Shown here piece after piece: positions 19,201 to 28,670 of a DNA stretch of 64,000 nt. The notes under the pieces were generated by a model. The model searched no databases. It was not told the origin of the DNA and saw only the letters and a list, made by a program, of their open reading frames with translations. This DNA comes from a virus, in IMG/VR virus record IMGVR_UViG_3300008119_000006; one strand, given 5' to 3'. The position numbers and the translations under genes are program-made. The stretch's first letter is position 1. Each line of letters opens with the position of its first letter.

Positions 19201-19548
19201 ATGAATAACGATATTAAAGCATTATCCAATATGAGTATCGCTGAATTAAAGCAATTATTATCTTGCGTTAATCAAGATATTAAGTCCATTAAGCGTGCTG
19301 AGAAAATTGCTGCTGATAATGTACCTACTGAATTTGAAATATGTAACGATATTGCTAAACGATTTACTAATAAACAATATCCAAAACCAGTAGAAAATGC
19401 TAAACTAAAAGCAGATATTCAAATTCAGCAAGATATTCTAGAGTATCTCAATAGTGGTAATCATATTATCACTGCTCGACCAAGAAAATCGAGAAAATAT
19501 AGTAATAAACCATTTACAGTATCATTAACCAAAATCGTATCACTTTAA
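19201..19548 (+). CDS. hypothetical early protein
   Basis: First ORF after the promoter. Confidence 0.55.
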   Translation: MNNDIKALSNMSIAELKQLLSCVNQDIKSIKRAEKIAADNVPTEFEICNDIAKRFTNKQYPKPVENAKLKADIQIQQDILEYLNSGNHIITARPRKSRKYSNKPFTVSLTKIVSL

Positions 19549-19564
19549 ACTAAAAGGAAATTAT

Positions 19565-19783
19565 ATGTTATTAATCGACACTATTCAAGCATTATCATTA
19601 AAAGATAAAAGAGCATTAGTTAAAACAATCCGCTCTATTATCTCAGAAGAAGTAAAAGAGCAAAAAGTATTAAAAGTATTTTCTAAAGTAGCAAAAGAAA
19701 ATGCTAAGAAGGAAAAAGTATTAGCGCAGATTAAAGCGGCAGAAGATAAACTTGCCAAATTAACTGCAAAACTAGCAGTATAA
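19565..19783 (+). CDS. basic coiled-coil hypothetical protein
   Basis: AAGGA RBS. Confidence 0.6.
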   Translation: MLLIDTIQALSLKDKRALVKTIRSIISEEVKEQKVLKVFSKVAKENAKKEKVLAQIKAAEDKLAKLTAKLAV

Positions 19784-19830
19784 TGTTTATAATATGCTTT
19801 GAGAGTATCAGAGCATATTAGTAAGTATTA
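19781..19830 (+). other. intergenic RNA hairpin with bulged G (copy 1)
   Basis: ~22-bp stem, bulge at 19821. Confidence 0.65.
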
Positions 19831-19866
19831 TTACCACTTATAAACAATTAAACTAAAAAGGAAATT

Positions 19867-20124
19867 ATGTTAATAGAAAAAACTGATAATTATGTAGTAT
19901 TGCAATCGTTTGCGTCCCGTACTGAAAATGAATATGAAGTATATGATTTAAATGAGAATATGCTCGGGTATTTTGTAGAGCGCTCTGATAATGATTATGA
20001 AGTATATTCGTTAGATTGCGCAGAATTCGGAAATATATCGCATGAAGAATTCAACCAAATTGATTATGTTGATGATTTTGCTAATGCTGTTAATCTTATT
20101 GTGAGTAACGCTTATGCTGAATAA
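19867..20124 (+). CDS. highly acidic small early protein
   Basis: AAGGA RBS; 19 D/E vs 3 K/R in 85 aa. Confidence 0.65.
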   Translation: MLIEKTDNYVVLQSFASRTENEYEVYDLNENMLGYFVERSDNDYEVYSLDCAEFGNISHEEFNQIDYVDDFANAVNLIVSNAYAE

Positions 20125-20272
20125 TGCCTTAGATATTAAAATTGTTGCCATTCGCAATGATATTACACAATTAAAAGATGAGTTTTATATAGACCATCCA
20201 GAGTATGTTGCGATATTGAATACCGCTTATACTGCTCTAGATGATTTAGTTTACCTTAAAATAATAAAGTAA
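20114..20272 (+). CDS. hypothetical protein (52 aa)
   Basis: MLNNALDIKIVAIR...; overlaps the previous stop. Confidence 0.45.
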   Translation: MLNNALDIKIVAIRNDITQLKDEFYIDHPEYVAILNTAYTALDDLVYLKIIK

Positions 20273-20281
20273 TACCATATT

Positions 20282-20341
20282 GATGATTTATAATAATCAT
20301 TATGTCGCTCAGAGGTGCATAGTGATTATTAGTAAGTTATT
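20282..20341 (+). other. intergenic RNA hairpin with bulged G (copy 2)
   Basis: 14-bp + 9-bp stems, bulge at 20332. Confidence 0.65.
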
Positions 20342-20509
20342 GATTATATTGAATATTTTATTGTGATAATCTTAGATAGTGCTCGGATAATCTGTTTGGA
20401 TTAACTAGGACGCACTAGGATAATCTGGTATTCAAACTAAGACTTAATCGAAGCACTATACCGGCGACATTATGGCGACATATTATTAATTATTATAAAG
20501 GAAGTTATT

Positions 20510-20656
20510 ATGAGTAAAAAGCATTACATTATCGTAGCAAAATCATTATTTGAATCAAAAGCAGATTTTCTATTATGTTCTAATCTGGCAGTCCAGTTTA
20601 AGAATGATAATAGATTATTCGACATTAACCGTTTTCTAACAGCGTGTGGACATTAA
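20510..20656 (+). CDS. small conserved phage protein (48 aa)
   Basis: MSKKHY..VA...F.NDNRLFDINRFLTACG; AAGGA RBS. Confidence 0.6.
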   Translation: MSKKHYIIVAKSLFESKADFLLCSNLAVQFKNDNRLFDINRFLTACGH

Positions 20657-20860
20657 TATGATAAATGATATTGTAGTAAGCATTATTTGTATGTTATTAT
20701 CTCGTTTTTCTTATGATTTTACATGGGAACAGCGAGATAGAATCCAAGATATTCTATCAGAAAATCAACCAATTTAAGGTATCATTATGTCATGGGAAGA
20801 TAAGCAGTATATTAAGATTGTGTTATTAAGCAGTAGTTTATTATTATTAGGAGTATGTTT

Positions 20861-21034
20861 ATGAGTTTATCTAAAGCAGATATGGTAGCATTATTAGAAA
20901 AAGCGCAGGAGTTAATCGATACGGTCATTACTGAATATCCAGATGATAATGATTTGGACGATATGGATTCACCATTATCTTATCTGATTAACGCTTCTGG
21001 TGATATATCAGATGCACTTAATCTAATAGAATAG
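20861..21034 (+). CDS. highly acidic small protein (57 aa)
   Basis: AGGAG RBS; 14 D/E vs 2 K. Confidence 0.6.
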   Translation: MSLSKADMVALLEKAQELIDTVITEYPDDNDLDDMDSPLSYLINASGDISDALNLIE

Positions 21035-21080
21035 TGGTATTATAGTGGATATTGATTAGTATCCATTAGTAATATTATTA
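21032..21080 (+). other. intergenic RNA hairpin with bulged G (copy 3)
   Basis: 11-bp + 11-bp stems, bulge at 21069. Confidence 0.65.
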
Positions 21081-21370
21081 GGAGTTTGTTTATGAAATTT
21101 ATTGTATTGTGTTTGGTTATATCATTATCTTACCATTTTTCTGATATCAATAGTCAATTTATGGTAATGAGTGGTAATTTACATATTGAAAGGTCATTAT
21201 GAGTGGTACGAAGCGGTTAATCGAAGAATTTAATTATTACTTTGATAATAATAATAGTGGTGTGGAAATCTCTGGTATTAAGTATTCAGCATCGGAGATA
21301 TTGTTTAATCTTAATCCAAATGCGTATCAAAGTGAATTTGATACTTGGTTGGATATACAGGAGAGTAATA

Positions 21371-21577
21371 ATGAGTAAATTTATTGCAGATAATACACGG
21401 GTAATTGGTTTATTTCAAAATGAAGCGGTTATCGGTAAGGTAGAATCCAGTAGAATGTATGGTAAGCGTATTGTATATACGGTCAAACTGGATAATCCAA
21501 TATCATTAAGGTGGCGTACCGATCCAGTATATACTATAATGCTGGGTAAAGGTGAAATTAAGGCGGCGCCATTATGA
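21371..21577 (+). CDS. SH3-like hypothetical protein
   Basis: AGGAG RBS; GKVESSRMYG...YTVKLD.PI.LRW. Confidence 0.55.
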   Translation: MSKFIADNTRVIGLFQNEAVIGKVESSRMYGKRIVYTVKLDNPISLRWRTDPVYTIMLGKGEIKAAPL

Positions 21578-21686
21578 TAAGGAAATTATATTATCTTACC
21601 ATTTTATTTTGTTTGTGGGCATTAACATTATGTGCATTAAATTTATATTATTCGGTAATGTATTTTAATTATTATCTCAAATAGTC

Positions 21687-21780
21687 CGTTGTGCCCATAC
21701 AACACATTATGGTTTTTCGGCAGAGAAACCGTATTGGAATATGCCATATTGATTGTGGTCTATTCTAATGCCTGTATAAT
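21687..21780 (+). promoter_or_regulatory. palindrome + promoter (TTGTGG...TATAAT)
   Basis: CGTTG-N8-CAACA 21687-21704; CCTGTATAATGGT -10 region. Confidence 0.65.
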
Positions 21781-21829
21781 GGTTTTTTCAGTAGCAAATC
21801 TTGATTGAAATTTTTAAGAATAGGAAATT

Positions 21830-22606
21830 ATGAATTTATTATCAGTCGGTAATCCCAAGACTTTAAAGGGAATGGCACAAGGTTACAATACCTTTATTTT
21901 GCATCTTGCGCCATATACATTATCTGGACATAATACTTGTCCTAAGGCGTCAGCAGGTTGCGCTGCCGCTTGTTTGAATACGGCAGGCAGAGGTGGTATG
22001 TTTAAGCGTGGTGAGGTAACGAATACTATTCAGCAGGCGAGAATCCGTAAAACTAAAATGTTTTATGATAATCGTGAACAGTTTATGGCATTATTGGTAA
22101 AAGATATTGAATTGGCAATTAAACAATCTGCCAAAGCAGGTCTTATTCCAGTATTCCGTTTGAATGGTACTAGTGATTTATCATGGGAAAAGTATTCAGT
22201 AACCCGTAACGGTGTAGTATTTACTAACATATTTGCAGCTTTTGATAATGTCCAGTTTTATGATTATACTAAGGTGCTTGGTCGTAAAGTAAAACATATT
22301 CCTAATTATCACCTTACATTCTCTATGGCAGATGGTAATTACATGGATTGTAAACAGGCGGTTAATGAAGGTCTTAATATTGCTGTGGTATTTGGTATTA
22401 AGAAAGGCACAGCAATGCCAGAGAAATTCTTTAATTCTAACCTGACCGTATTTAATGGTGATGAAAGTGATTTACGCTTTCTTGATCCAAAAGGTTGTGT
22501 GGTTGGTTTATATGCCAAAGGCAAGGCAAAGAAGGATACTAGCGGTTTCGTAAAATATCCTGTTGGTGAGTATTCATTTACTATCAAATTAGATAAGGCG
22601 GCATAA
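21830..22606 (+). CDS. gp88-like protein (Cys-motif enzyme)
   Basis: CPKASAGCAAACLNTAGRG, RLNGTSD, FYDYTK, YHLTFS, GDESDLRFLDP. Confidence 0.7.
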   Translation: MNLLSVGNPKTLKGMAQGYNTFILHLAPYTLSGHNTCPKASAGCAAACLNTAGRGGMFKRGEVTNTIQQARIRKTKMFYDNREQFMALLVKDIELAIKQSAKAGLIPVFRLNGTSDLSWEKYSVTRNGVVFTNIFAAFDNVQFYDYTKVLGRKVKHIPNYHLTFSMADGNYMDCKQAVNEGLNIAVVFGIKKGTAMPEKFFNSNLTVFNGDESDLRFLDPKGCVVGLYAKGKAKKDTSGFVKYPVGEYSFTIKLDKAA

Positions 22607-22607
22607 T

Positions 22608-22904
22608 ATGAATTTATTTAAATTAATTGATGAAGTTACCGAATTGACCGAGAATTATATTGGTACAATGGAAAAAGTACCTGCTGTCAAATTAGGTCTT
22701 GATAATAGGTCAGGTAGTTTGTTTGTATCACCTGATTGTATTGCTGTATATAAAGGTAATGACCGTGCCTTACAGTATTATGGTGGTTTTGAATATGTTG
22801 ATACACAATATCGGCATGAAATGGGTGATTTTGTATTCTATTCAGCGGAAGATGATAGAGTCCAAGGTCATTTAGAAACTTATTTGAATGCTGAGGTAGA
22901 ATAA
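22608..22904 (+). CDS. hypothetical protein
   Basis: LGLDNR...LQYYGGFEYVD phage motif. Confidence 0.6.
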   Translation: MNLFKLIDEVTELTENYIGTMEKVPAVKLGLDNRSGSLFVSPDCIAVYKGNDRALQYYGGFEYVDTQYRHEMGDFVFYSAEDDRVQGHLETYLNAEVE

Positions 22905-23131
22905 TGGTAACTAGTTTTAGACCTGAATGGCGGGATAATGCCATTGAAGCATTGGTAAATGATGATTTAAATTCATTTATGACAATGCGTGAAGAATGTG
23001 GTGATGAATCGGTATTGGCACAAATACTATATTCTGGTTTCAAAGGTTATCAGAATTACTTTGATGAAGAATTAGAAACGGAATTGCGTGAGCGTGATAT
23101 CTCAACAGTATTTGGAGATAATGATGATTAG
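22904..23131 (+). CDS. acidic hypothetical protein
   Basis: Coupled ORF. Confidence 0.55.
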   Translation: MVTSFRPEWRDNAIEALVNDDLNSFMTMREECGDESVLAQILYSGFKGYQNYFDEELETELRERDISTVFGDNDD

Positions 23132-23321
23132 TCAAACTGTATTAATCGTATTATTTGCCTTAACTGGTACATTAACAGTAATTGCAGGCATTGGATTTAT
23201 TAAACTATTTAAGGAACCGATTAAATGAATACATGGGATTTTGTGGTAAGTGAATTAAAATCACTCCAACAAGGTTTTGAGGATCATCAGGCAATCACGG
23301 AATTGTTTGTGGAACAAAAAC

Positions 23322-23441
23322 TGTTGCGTGGATACAACATTGTTAAGAGTAAAACCAAGTAAAGCTTGACAAAAATTATTTTCGCTTTTCGTTGTTTCCA
23401 TACAACAAACCTATTGTGGTATTCATTGGTACCTGTATAAT
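23322..23441 (+). promoter_or_regulatory. two palindromes + promoter
   Basis: TGTTG-N8-CAACA 23322-23339 and CGTTG-N8-CAACA 23390-23407; TTGTGG 23414, TATAAT 23436. Confidence 0.7.
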
Positions 23442-23468
23442 GGTTTCATTAATTGATTAGGAGATATT

Positions 23469-23753
23469 ATGTTGAAATTTGAAGGAATTGCTACTGTTGG
23501 TGATATTATTCGTGCATATGATTTTAAACCATGTGCAGGTCGTGATGATGCATTTATTGAAGGTGTGGTGATTGATACCAATTCTTATGAGTCCGGTTTT
23601 AGTTCATACAAAATAAAAGTAACGGTTGATAAGTTTAAAAAATACGAAACCAAAGCTACTGCTAGAAACCGTGTTGAGCAGATTGCTTTTGTACCACATC
23701 AAACCAGTTTTAGCGAATTCGATTTTAGAGTAATTAATTTAAGTAAAGTTTAA
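23469..23753 (+). CDS. hypothetical protein
   Basis: AGGAG RBS; VGDIIRAYDF. Confidence 0.6.
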   Translation: MLKFEGIATVGDIIRAYDFKPCAGRDDAFIEGVVIDTNSYESGFSSYKIKVTVDKFKKYETKATARNRVEQIAFVPHQTSFSEFDFRVINLSKV

Positions 23754-23807
23754 TGTTAAATGAGGCATCCTGTCGGGTATAAGACCTCATCTTTTTGAAA
23801 GTATATT

Positions 23808-24128
23808 ATGAGTAATAATATGAATTATCGTTTAAAAGAAATTGCAATGTGCCAAGCATTAGAGAATTTTCAGGCACCAGCTAATTTTCGTTCTACTTAT
23901 AAGGCAGTACCAATTGCTTTGTATGAAGAAGTAAAACAATTTATTGATTTCACCAAGTATTATGTTTGCTTCCGTGGTCCTCGTTTTAATCGTAGTTATT
24001 CTACCCGTAAGCGTGATGCTAAGGCGTTTGATGTATATCAACGCAGTGACCGTGATACCAGAGAAATTCGTATTGAGCGTGATGCCTTTAATCGTGGTGT
24101 CCGTTGGGCAAACAATAGGAGCCATTAA
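23808..24128 (+). CDS. hypothetical protein
   Basis: FRGPR...A..FDVY motif. Confidence 0.55.
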   Translation: MSNNMNYRLKEIAMCQALENFQAPANFRSTYKAVPIALYEEVKQFIDFTKYYVCFRGPRFNRSYSTRKRDAKAFDVYQRSDRDTREIRIERDAFNRGVRWANNRSH

Positions 24129-24325
24129 TGAGTAATGTATATGTGGTGAGTTCTGGTCGTTTTGATGAAATGACAGGTAATACCAATTGGTTGACATTGC
24201 GAGCTTTTACTGTCTATGCAGATGCTGAGGCATGGATTGCTTCAGAGATTAAGCGTGACCCAAGCTTCAATGAAGATTTGGATTTTTATGACATTGATGG
24301 AGTATCATTATATGGTAGCTTATAA
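24128..24325 (+). CDS. hypothetical protein
   Basis: Coupled ORF. Confidence 0.5.
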   Translation: MSNVYVVSSGRFDEMTGNTNWLTLRAFTVYADAEAWIASEIKRDPSFNEDLDFYDIDGVSLYGSL

Positions 24326-24635
24326 AGATTTAGATACTGGTTTGCAAGAGTATGTGGCGCACCTACAGGCAGATTATGATAGTAAAGGTGGCAACCAGTT
24401 CATAGAGTTTTATTATGAGCGTGGTCGTAAATATGCTCATGTCATTATGAAGCATATTGGCCAGTTTAGTATTGGTCAACGCAGTTCACATTCTTGGATT
24501 ATGCTTGATAATGACAAACAGTTTAAGCAAGGTGAAATTCTAAAGTCAGCAAGTTGGAAAGCACCTGCTCGTAACTTTGGTCGTGGCAATGTATTAACTG
24601 GTGAATTTAAACATATTAGATGGGCGGGTGTATGA
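24312..24635 (+). CDS. conserved phage early protein
   Basis: GRKY...S.H...GEILKSASWKAPARNF.RGNV...W.G motif. Confidence 0.7.
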   Translation: MVAYKDLDTGLQEYVAHLQADYDSKGGNQFIEFYYERGRKYAHVIMKHIGQFSIGQRSSHSWIMLDNDKQFKQGEILKSASWKAPARNFGRGNVLTGEFKHIRWAGV

Positions 24636-24871
24636 GTGATTTTGATGATATGAATGTTGAAGAATTACAATCGTATTTCTCTGATTTTCATAAAGATTAT
24701 TATGGTTTTCGTCCTCGTTTTGCAACACCAGAACAATGGCGTAACCGTGATTGGTTGATTGAAAGTATTAATGGCATACATGATGCTTTTGATGCTATGA
24801 AGAAAACACCAGAAGGCCGTGCTCAGTTGCGTGCTGAAGGTTGGGTTATTGAAGAAAGTGAGATTGTATAA
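24632..24871 (+). CDS. conserved phage hypothetical protein
   Basis: SDFHKDYYGFRPR motif. Confidence 0.65.
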   Translation: MSDFDDMNVEELQSYFSDFHKDYYGFRPRFATPEQWRNRDWLIESINGIHDAFDAMKKTPEGRAQLRAEGWVIEESEIV

Positions 24872-25320
24872 TGGGTACTAGGTCATTAACATTTGTATAT
24901 GAAGAATATAATCATGTGCAGAAACCAGTTTGCAATATGTACCGACAATATGATGGTTATCCAACCGGTCATGGTGCTGAGTTGGCAGAGTTTTTGAGTG
25001 GTGGTCGTTTAGTAAATGGTTTGATTGAAACCAAAACTGTTGAAGAAGTTGTTTTTAATGGTATGAGTTGTTTAGCAGCATCGATGGTTGCTTATTTCAA
25101 GCAAACACCTGGTGGTTTCTACATTTACCCTACTGATATGACCGATTGTGGTCAAGATTATGAATATCACATCTATGATAGTGGTAAAGGTTTGTATATT
25201 GAAGTGGTTGATTGTGGTTGTAATATGTTTGGTGTCACCATGAGTGATAAACATGATTTTGTATTCAAAGGCAATCTAAAAGAGTTTACTGAATTTTGTA
25301 AAGAAAAGGAATTAGCATGA
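24871..25320 (+). CDS. conserved phage hypothetical protein
   Basis: MGTRSLT...YRQYDGYPTGHG. Confidence 0.65.
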   Translation: MGTRSLTFVYEEYNHVQKPVCNMYRQYDGYPTGHGAELAEFLSGGRLVNGLIETKTVEEVVFNGMSCLAASMVAYFKQTPGGFYIYPTDMTDCGQDYEYHIYDSGKGLYIEVVDCGCNMFGVTMSDKHDFVFKGNLKEFTEFCKEKELA

Positions 25321-25661
25321 GTTATGATTCAGATTTTGAAAGAATTTACATGGTTGAATTTCAATCAGGTAGAATTATTCATGTTGGCCAATATACAGTT
25401 GAAGATGTAAAAGAATATTGTGCTGATGAGCATGAGGGTGAAGTTATTAAATCCATCTATGAAGAAGTTTATACTAATGATGGTGAAGATGAATAAAAGC
25501 AATTATCAAATCGATTGGGAAAGATTGGCAAAGTATAATATTGTGGTCAATACACAGCCAAAAAACCCATTAGATGATGTTGTGAAGAATGATGAGTTGG
25601 TTTTATGGATGAAAGAATATCCTGATGCCATGGAAGCCATTAATAAAATAAAGGATAGAAA

Positions 25662-25850
25662 ATGAATTATTATCTTGTTGAATTTATGGATGATTCGGTT
25701 CATCCTCAATATGAAGAAGTGTCCGCTATTTCAGCAGAGGAAGCAGTTCATTCAATTAAATTAGGTTGGCCTAACGCCAAGATTTGGAATGTTTGGACTG
25801 AAACTGGTGAAAACGACCAATGGAAAGATGATGATGACGGGAGATGTTAA
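25662..25850 (+). CDS. hypothetical protein
   Basis: Coupled ORF, AAGGA RBS. Confidence 0.5.
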   Translation: MNYYLVEFMDDSVHPQYEEVSAISAEEAVHSIKLGWPNAKIWNVWTETGENDQWKDDDDGRC

Positions 25851-26182
25851 TGAGTGATTATACGCCTGATAGATGGCTTGTAGTAAAGATTACAACCGAT
25901 AAAGAAATGCTATATAAGGTATTTGCTTGTTGGTATGGCGGACTTGGTGGCTCTGATTCGTGGCAATTCAATAGCGGTATTGTTAAAGTTGAATTGGCAG
26001 ATAACTATTATGAATTTCATGGTCACTCTGGATCGGTATATCGTTGTCATAAGAATTGTTATGGCACCAATGGTTATGGCGGCAGTGTGTTAGCGAACTT
26101 TATTGATAAGGCAGATTATAAAATTGAAATACTGCCTGAGAATACAAATTGGAAAGAATTAAAATATGCCCGTGAGGTATAG
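25850..26182 (+). CDS. conserved phage hypothetical protein
   Basis: YTPDRW...W.GG..GSDSW..NSGI...GHSGSVYRC. Confidence 0.65.
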   Translation: MSDYTPDRWLVVKITTDKEMLYKVFACWYGGLGGSDSWQFNSGIVKVELADNYYEFHGHSGSVYRCHKNCYGTNGYGGSVLANFIDKADYKIEILPENTNWKELKYAREV

Positions 26183-26456
26183 TACCAACTGGATGGGACC
26201 AATTAATAAGCAATGGTATGAAGAGCGAGGCCTTGAGCTTTGGACTTATGCTGCCGGTCGTATTGATTGTCGTGGTGAAGATTTAGGACCATACGGTGAT
26301 GAAATTGGCTTATCACCAATGCTTGTTGAAGATTGGGGTAGATTTAGTGACTGGTTGAATACCTTTGAGACCGATTTTATGTGGTCATTGGAAGAATTGG
26401 TTGAGTTGTATGAAAGAGAAAATCCAAAAATTACTTGGGCTGAAGGATATGAATAA
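26166..26456 (+). CDS. hypothetical protein
   Basis: YSTNWMGP..W. Confidence 0.55.
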   Translation: MPVRYSTNWMGPINKQWYEERGLELWTYAAGRIDCRGEDLGPYGDEIGLSPMLVEDWGRFSDWLNTFETDFMWSLEELVELYERENPKITWAEGYE

Positions 26457-26863
26457 TGAGTATTAGTGCATATAAAGAAGTAACAGAGTGGGACAATTCA
26501 GAGTTTGTGGTGCCGAACCATACTTACCTATTTGATGGTAAGTCCAATATTTTGGCATATGCGAAGGCGAGCAATAATGAATTGGTGATATTACATAAAC
26601 CATTACCAATGGATACCCGTAGGCGTAAGTTTATCAAGGTGAAACATGAGGCATTGGACTCATATGGCGCAACGGTGGTGCTTGATGTGCCTAACCTTGA
26701 GAATACGCCTCATTGGTCAGTTAAAAGCGATTCAGGCAAGACCTATACGGTCACCTTAGAATCTGGTAAGTATCAATGTAATTGTATCGGGTATGCCTAT
26801 CGTGGTAAATGTAAGCATTCGGAAAGTGTTGCTTCGGCACAACAGCCAGCAGATATTACTTGA
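26456..26863 (+). CDS. SWIM-type Zn-finger protein
   Basis: Y.V......CNCIGYAYRGKCKH. Confidence 0.75.
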   Translation: MSISAYKEVTEWDNSEFVVPNHTYLFDGKSNILAYAKASNNELVILHKPLPMDTRRRKFIKVKHEALDSYGATVVLDVPNLENTPHWSVKSDSGKTYTVTLESGKYQCNCIGYAYRGKCKHSESVASAQQPADIT

Positions 26864-26887
26864 CATATAATGTGGTACCTGTATAAT
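26827..26887 (+). promoter_or_regulatory. palindrome + sigma70-type promoter for the tRNA
   Basis: TGTTG-N8-CAACA 26827-26844; TTGACA 26860, TATAAT 26882. Confidence 0.8.
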
Positions 26888-26900
26888 GGTTGATTAAATT

Positions 26901-26986
26901 GGGTAAGCGGTAAAGTTGGAGAGTTACAGCAGACTGTAAATCTGTTGCCTATGGCTGAGTTGGTTCGAATCCATCCTTACCCACCA
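26901..26986 (+). tRNA. tRNA-Tyr(GTA)
   Basis: GGGTAAG/CTTACCC acceptor stem, GCAGA-CTGTAAA-TCTGT anticodon arm, long variable arm, TTCGAAT, encoded CCA. Confidence 0.92.
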
Positions 26987-27014
26987 GTATTTGTTATGTT
27001 TAATTGGAGAGTGT

Positions 27015-27203
27015 ATGAAAAAAATTAAACTAAAAACTGCTATTGATGCCATTGTTGATTCAGAAATGACAACAATTCGTAAACTAAAAAAGCGTGACTT
27101 ACTTGGCTTATGCCGTGATTTACTTGAAGAGCGTTGTTTGGAAATGTCAGACGATGCATTGATTGATTTTTATAATGAGGTGACTAATGAAATTGCCGTA
27201 TAA
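27015..27203 (+). CDS. hypothetical protein
   Basis: GGAG RBS before MKKIKLK. Confidence 0.5.
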   Translation: MKKIKLKTAIDAIVDSEMTTIRKLKKRDLLGLCRDLLEERCLEMSDDALIDFYNEVTNEIAV

Positions 27204-27402
27204 AGATATATTTGTTGGTGAAGTTGATGAGTTCATTACTAATCCATTTTCAGGCGAAGGCATTATGCTGACAGCCGAAGAAGTTGCCGTGTATGACACA
27301 TTAAAAGGTTGTGAGTTGTTTGGTGATTACGATGGTGTAAGAAAAGGCATCAATTGGTTTATTGAGAATAACGCAGAAGCGTATATGGTTTTATTGGATT
27401 AA
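27187..27402 (+). CDS. conserved phage hypothetical protein
   Basis: NPFSGE...EVAVYD...NAEAYMVLLD. Confidence 0.65.
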   Translation: MKLPYKDIFVGEVDEFITNPFSGEGIMLTAEEVAVYDTLKGCELFGDYDGVRKGINWFIENNAEAYMVLLD

Positions 27403-27414
27403 TTTTGTTATTAT

Positions 27415-27489
27415 GCACCCATCGTCTAACGGTTAGGACATCGCCCTTTCACGGCGGGAATAAGAGTTCGATTCTCCTTGGGTGTACCA
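27415..27489 (+). tRNA. tRNA-Glu(TTC)
   Basis: GCACCCA/TGGGTGT acceptor, TCGCC-CTTTCAC-GGCGG, TTCGATT, CCA. Confidence 0.92.
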
Positions 27490-27506
27490 TATTTTGAAAG
27501 GTAGTT

Positions 27507-28670
27507 ATGAATAAAAATGCAAAGCAGTTTATCGTAGCGTGTGAGCAAGTGTTTGGTAGTGAAACAATTATTACCCGTGACGGCATTACACAGATTTGTA
27601 ATGAATCTGGTGCACCGTATCCCTATTGGTTGGTTACTAAGGCACAATATCGTTATGACCGTGGTCAATACAAAGTACCACCATCAGGTGAAAAGATTGT
27701 AAAGAAATCTGAAACTATTGTAAAGAATCCTGAACCTGAAGTTGAAATGGCATATCAGACCAACACAGCACAAGTGCTAGAGTTTCGTCAGCCAAAACTG
27801 ATTGATGATTCTGAACCTGCTGTGCCACAAAAATGGCCTGATTATGTACCATTTGGTTTCTACAAAGATATGAAGAATATCATTAGTAGCAAATCATTCT
27901 ATCCGATATTCGTTACTGGTTTGTCAGGCAACGGCAAGACCTTGATGGTCGAGCAAGTGTGTGCTGAATTAAATAGGGAGTGTATTCGTGTTAATATTTC
28001 AGTTGAAACTGATGAGAGCGACCTACTTGGTGGTCCTACCTTGGTCAATGGTAATGTGGTCAATCGTGATGGTCCTGTTCTTATTGCAATGAAGCGTGGC
28101 GCAGTATTGTTGATTGACGAAGTAGACCGTGGTTCTAATAAGTTGATGTGTTTGCAAGGCATCATGGAAGGCAAACCACACTACAATAAGAAATCTGGTG
28201 AGATGGTATATCCAAAGAATGGCTTTACTATCATCGCAACGGCAAACACCAAAGGTCGTGGTAGTGACGAAGGCAAATATCTGTCCCAAATCCTTGACGA
28301 TGCTTTCTTAGAAAGATTCCCAATTACGGTAGAACAGGAATATCCTGATGCCAAAACTGAGAAGAAAATTCTATCACCATTGCTTGATGATAAAGATTTT
28401 GTTGAGAACCTATGCCAATGGGCTGATGTGGTTCGTAAATCGTACCAAGAAGGTGCTACTGATGAGATTATCTCCACTCGCCGATTGGTACATATTGCCA
28501 AGGCATATGGTATCTTTAAAGATAGAATGAAAGCCATTACATTGTGTGTGAATCGTTTTGACGAAGAAACCAAAATGGCATTCTTAGACCTGTATTCTAA
28601 GGTCGATAGTTCGGTAGAATCACCTGCTAATACAGCATTCAATTCTACCACAACCGAGGTTGCCAATTAA
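27507..28670 (+). CDS. MoxR/CobS-like AAA+ ATPase
   Basis: Walker A GLSGNGKT, Walker B LLIDEVD, ATANTKG, AFLERF, ISTRRL. Confidence 0.9.
   Translation: MNKNAKQFIVACEQVFGSETIITRDGITQICNESGAPYPYWLVTKAQYRYDRGQYKVPPSGEKIVKKSETIVKNPEPEVEMAYQTNTAQVLEFRQPKLIDDSEPAVPQKWPDYVPFGFYKDMKNIISSKSFYPIFVTGLSGNGKTLMVEQVCAELNRECIRVNISVETDESDLLGGPTLVNGNVVNRDGPVLIAMKRGAVLLIDEVDRGSNKLMCLQGIMEGKPHYNKKSGEMVYPKNGFTIIATANTKGRGSDEGKYLSQILDDAFLERFPITVEQEYPDAKTEKKILSPLLDDKDFVENLCQWADVVRKSYQEGATDEIISTRRLVHIAKAYGIFKDRMKAITLCVNRFDEETKMAFLDLYSKVDSSVESPANTAFNSTTTEVAN

Noticed and set aside
27507-28670. Cobalamin biosynthesis (cobS)
   Set aside because: No other cob genes; a generic MoxR-type ATPase common in T4-like phages
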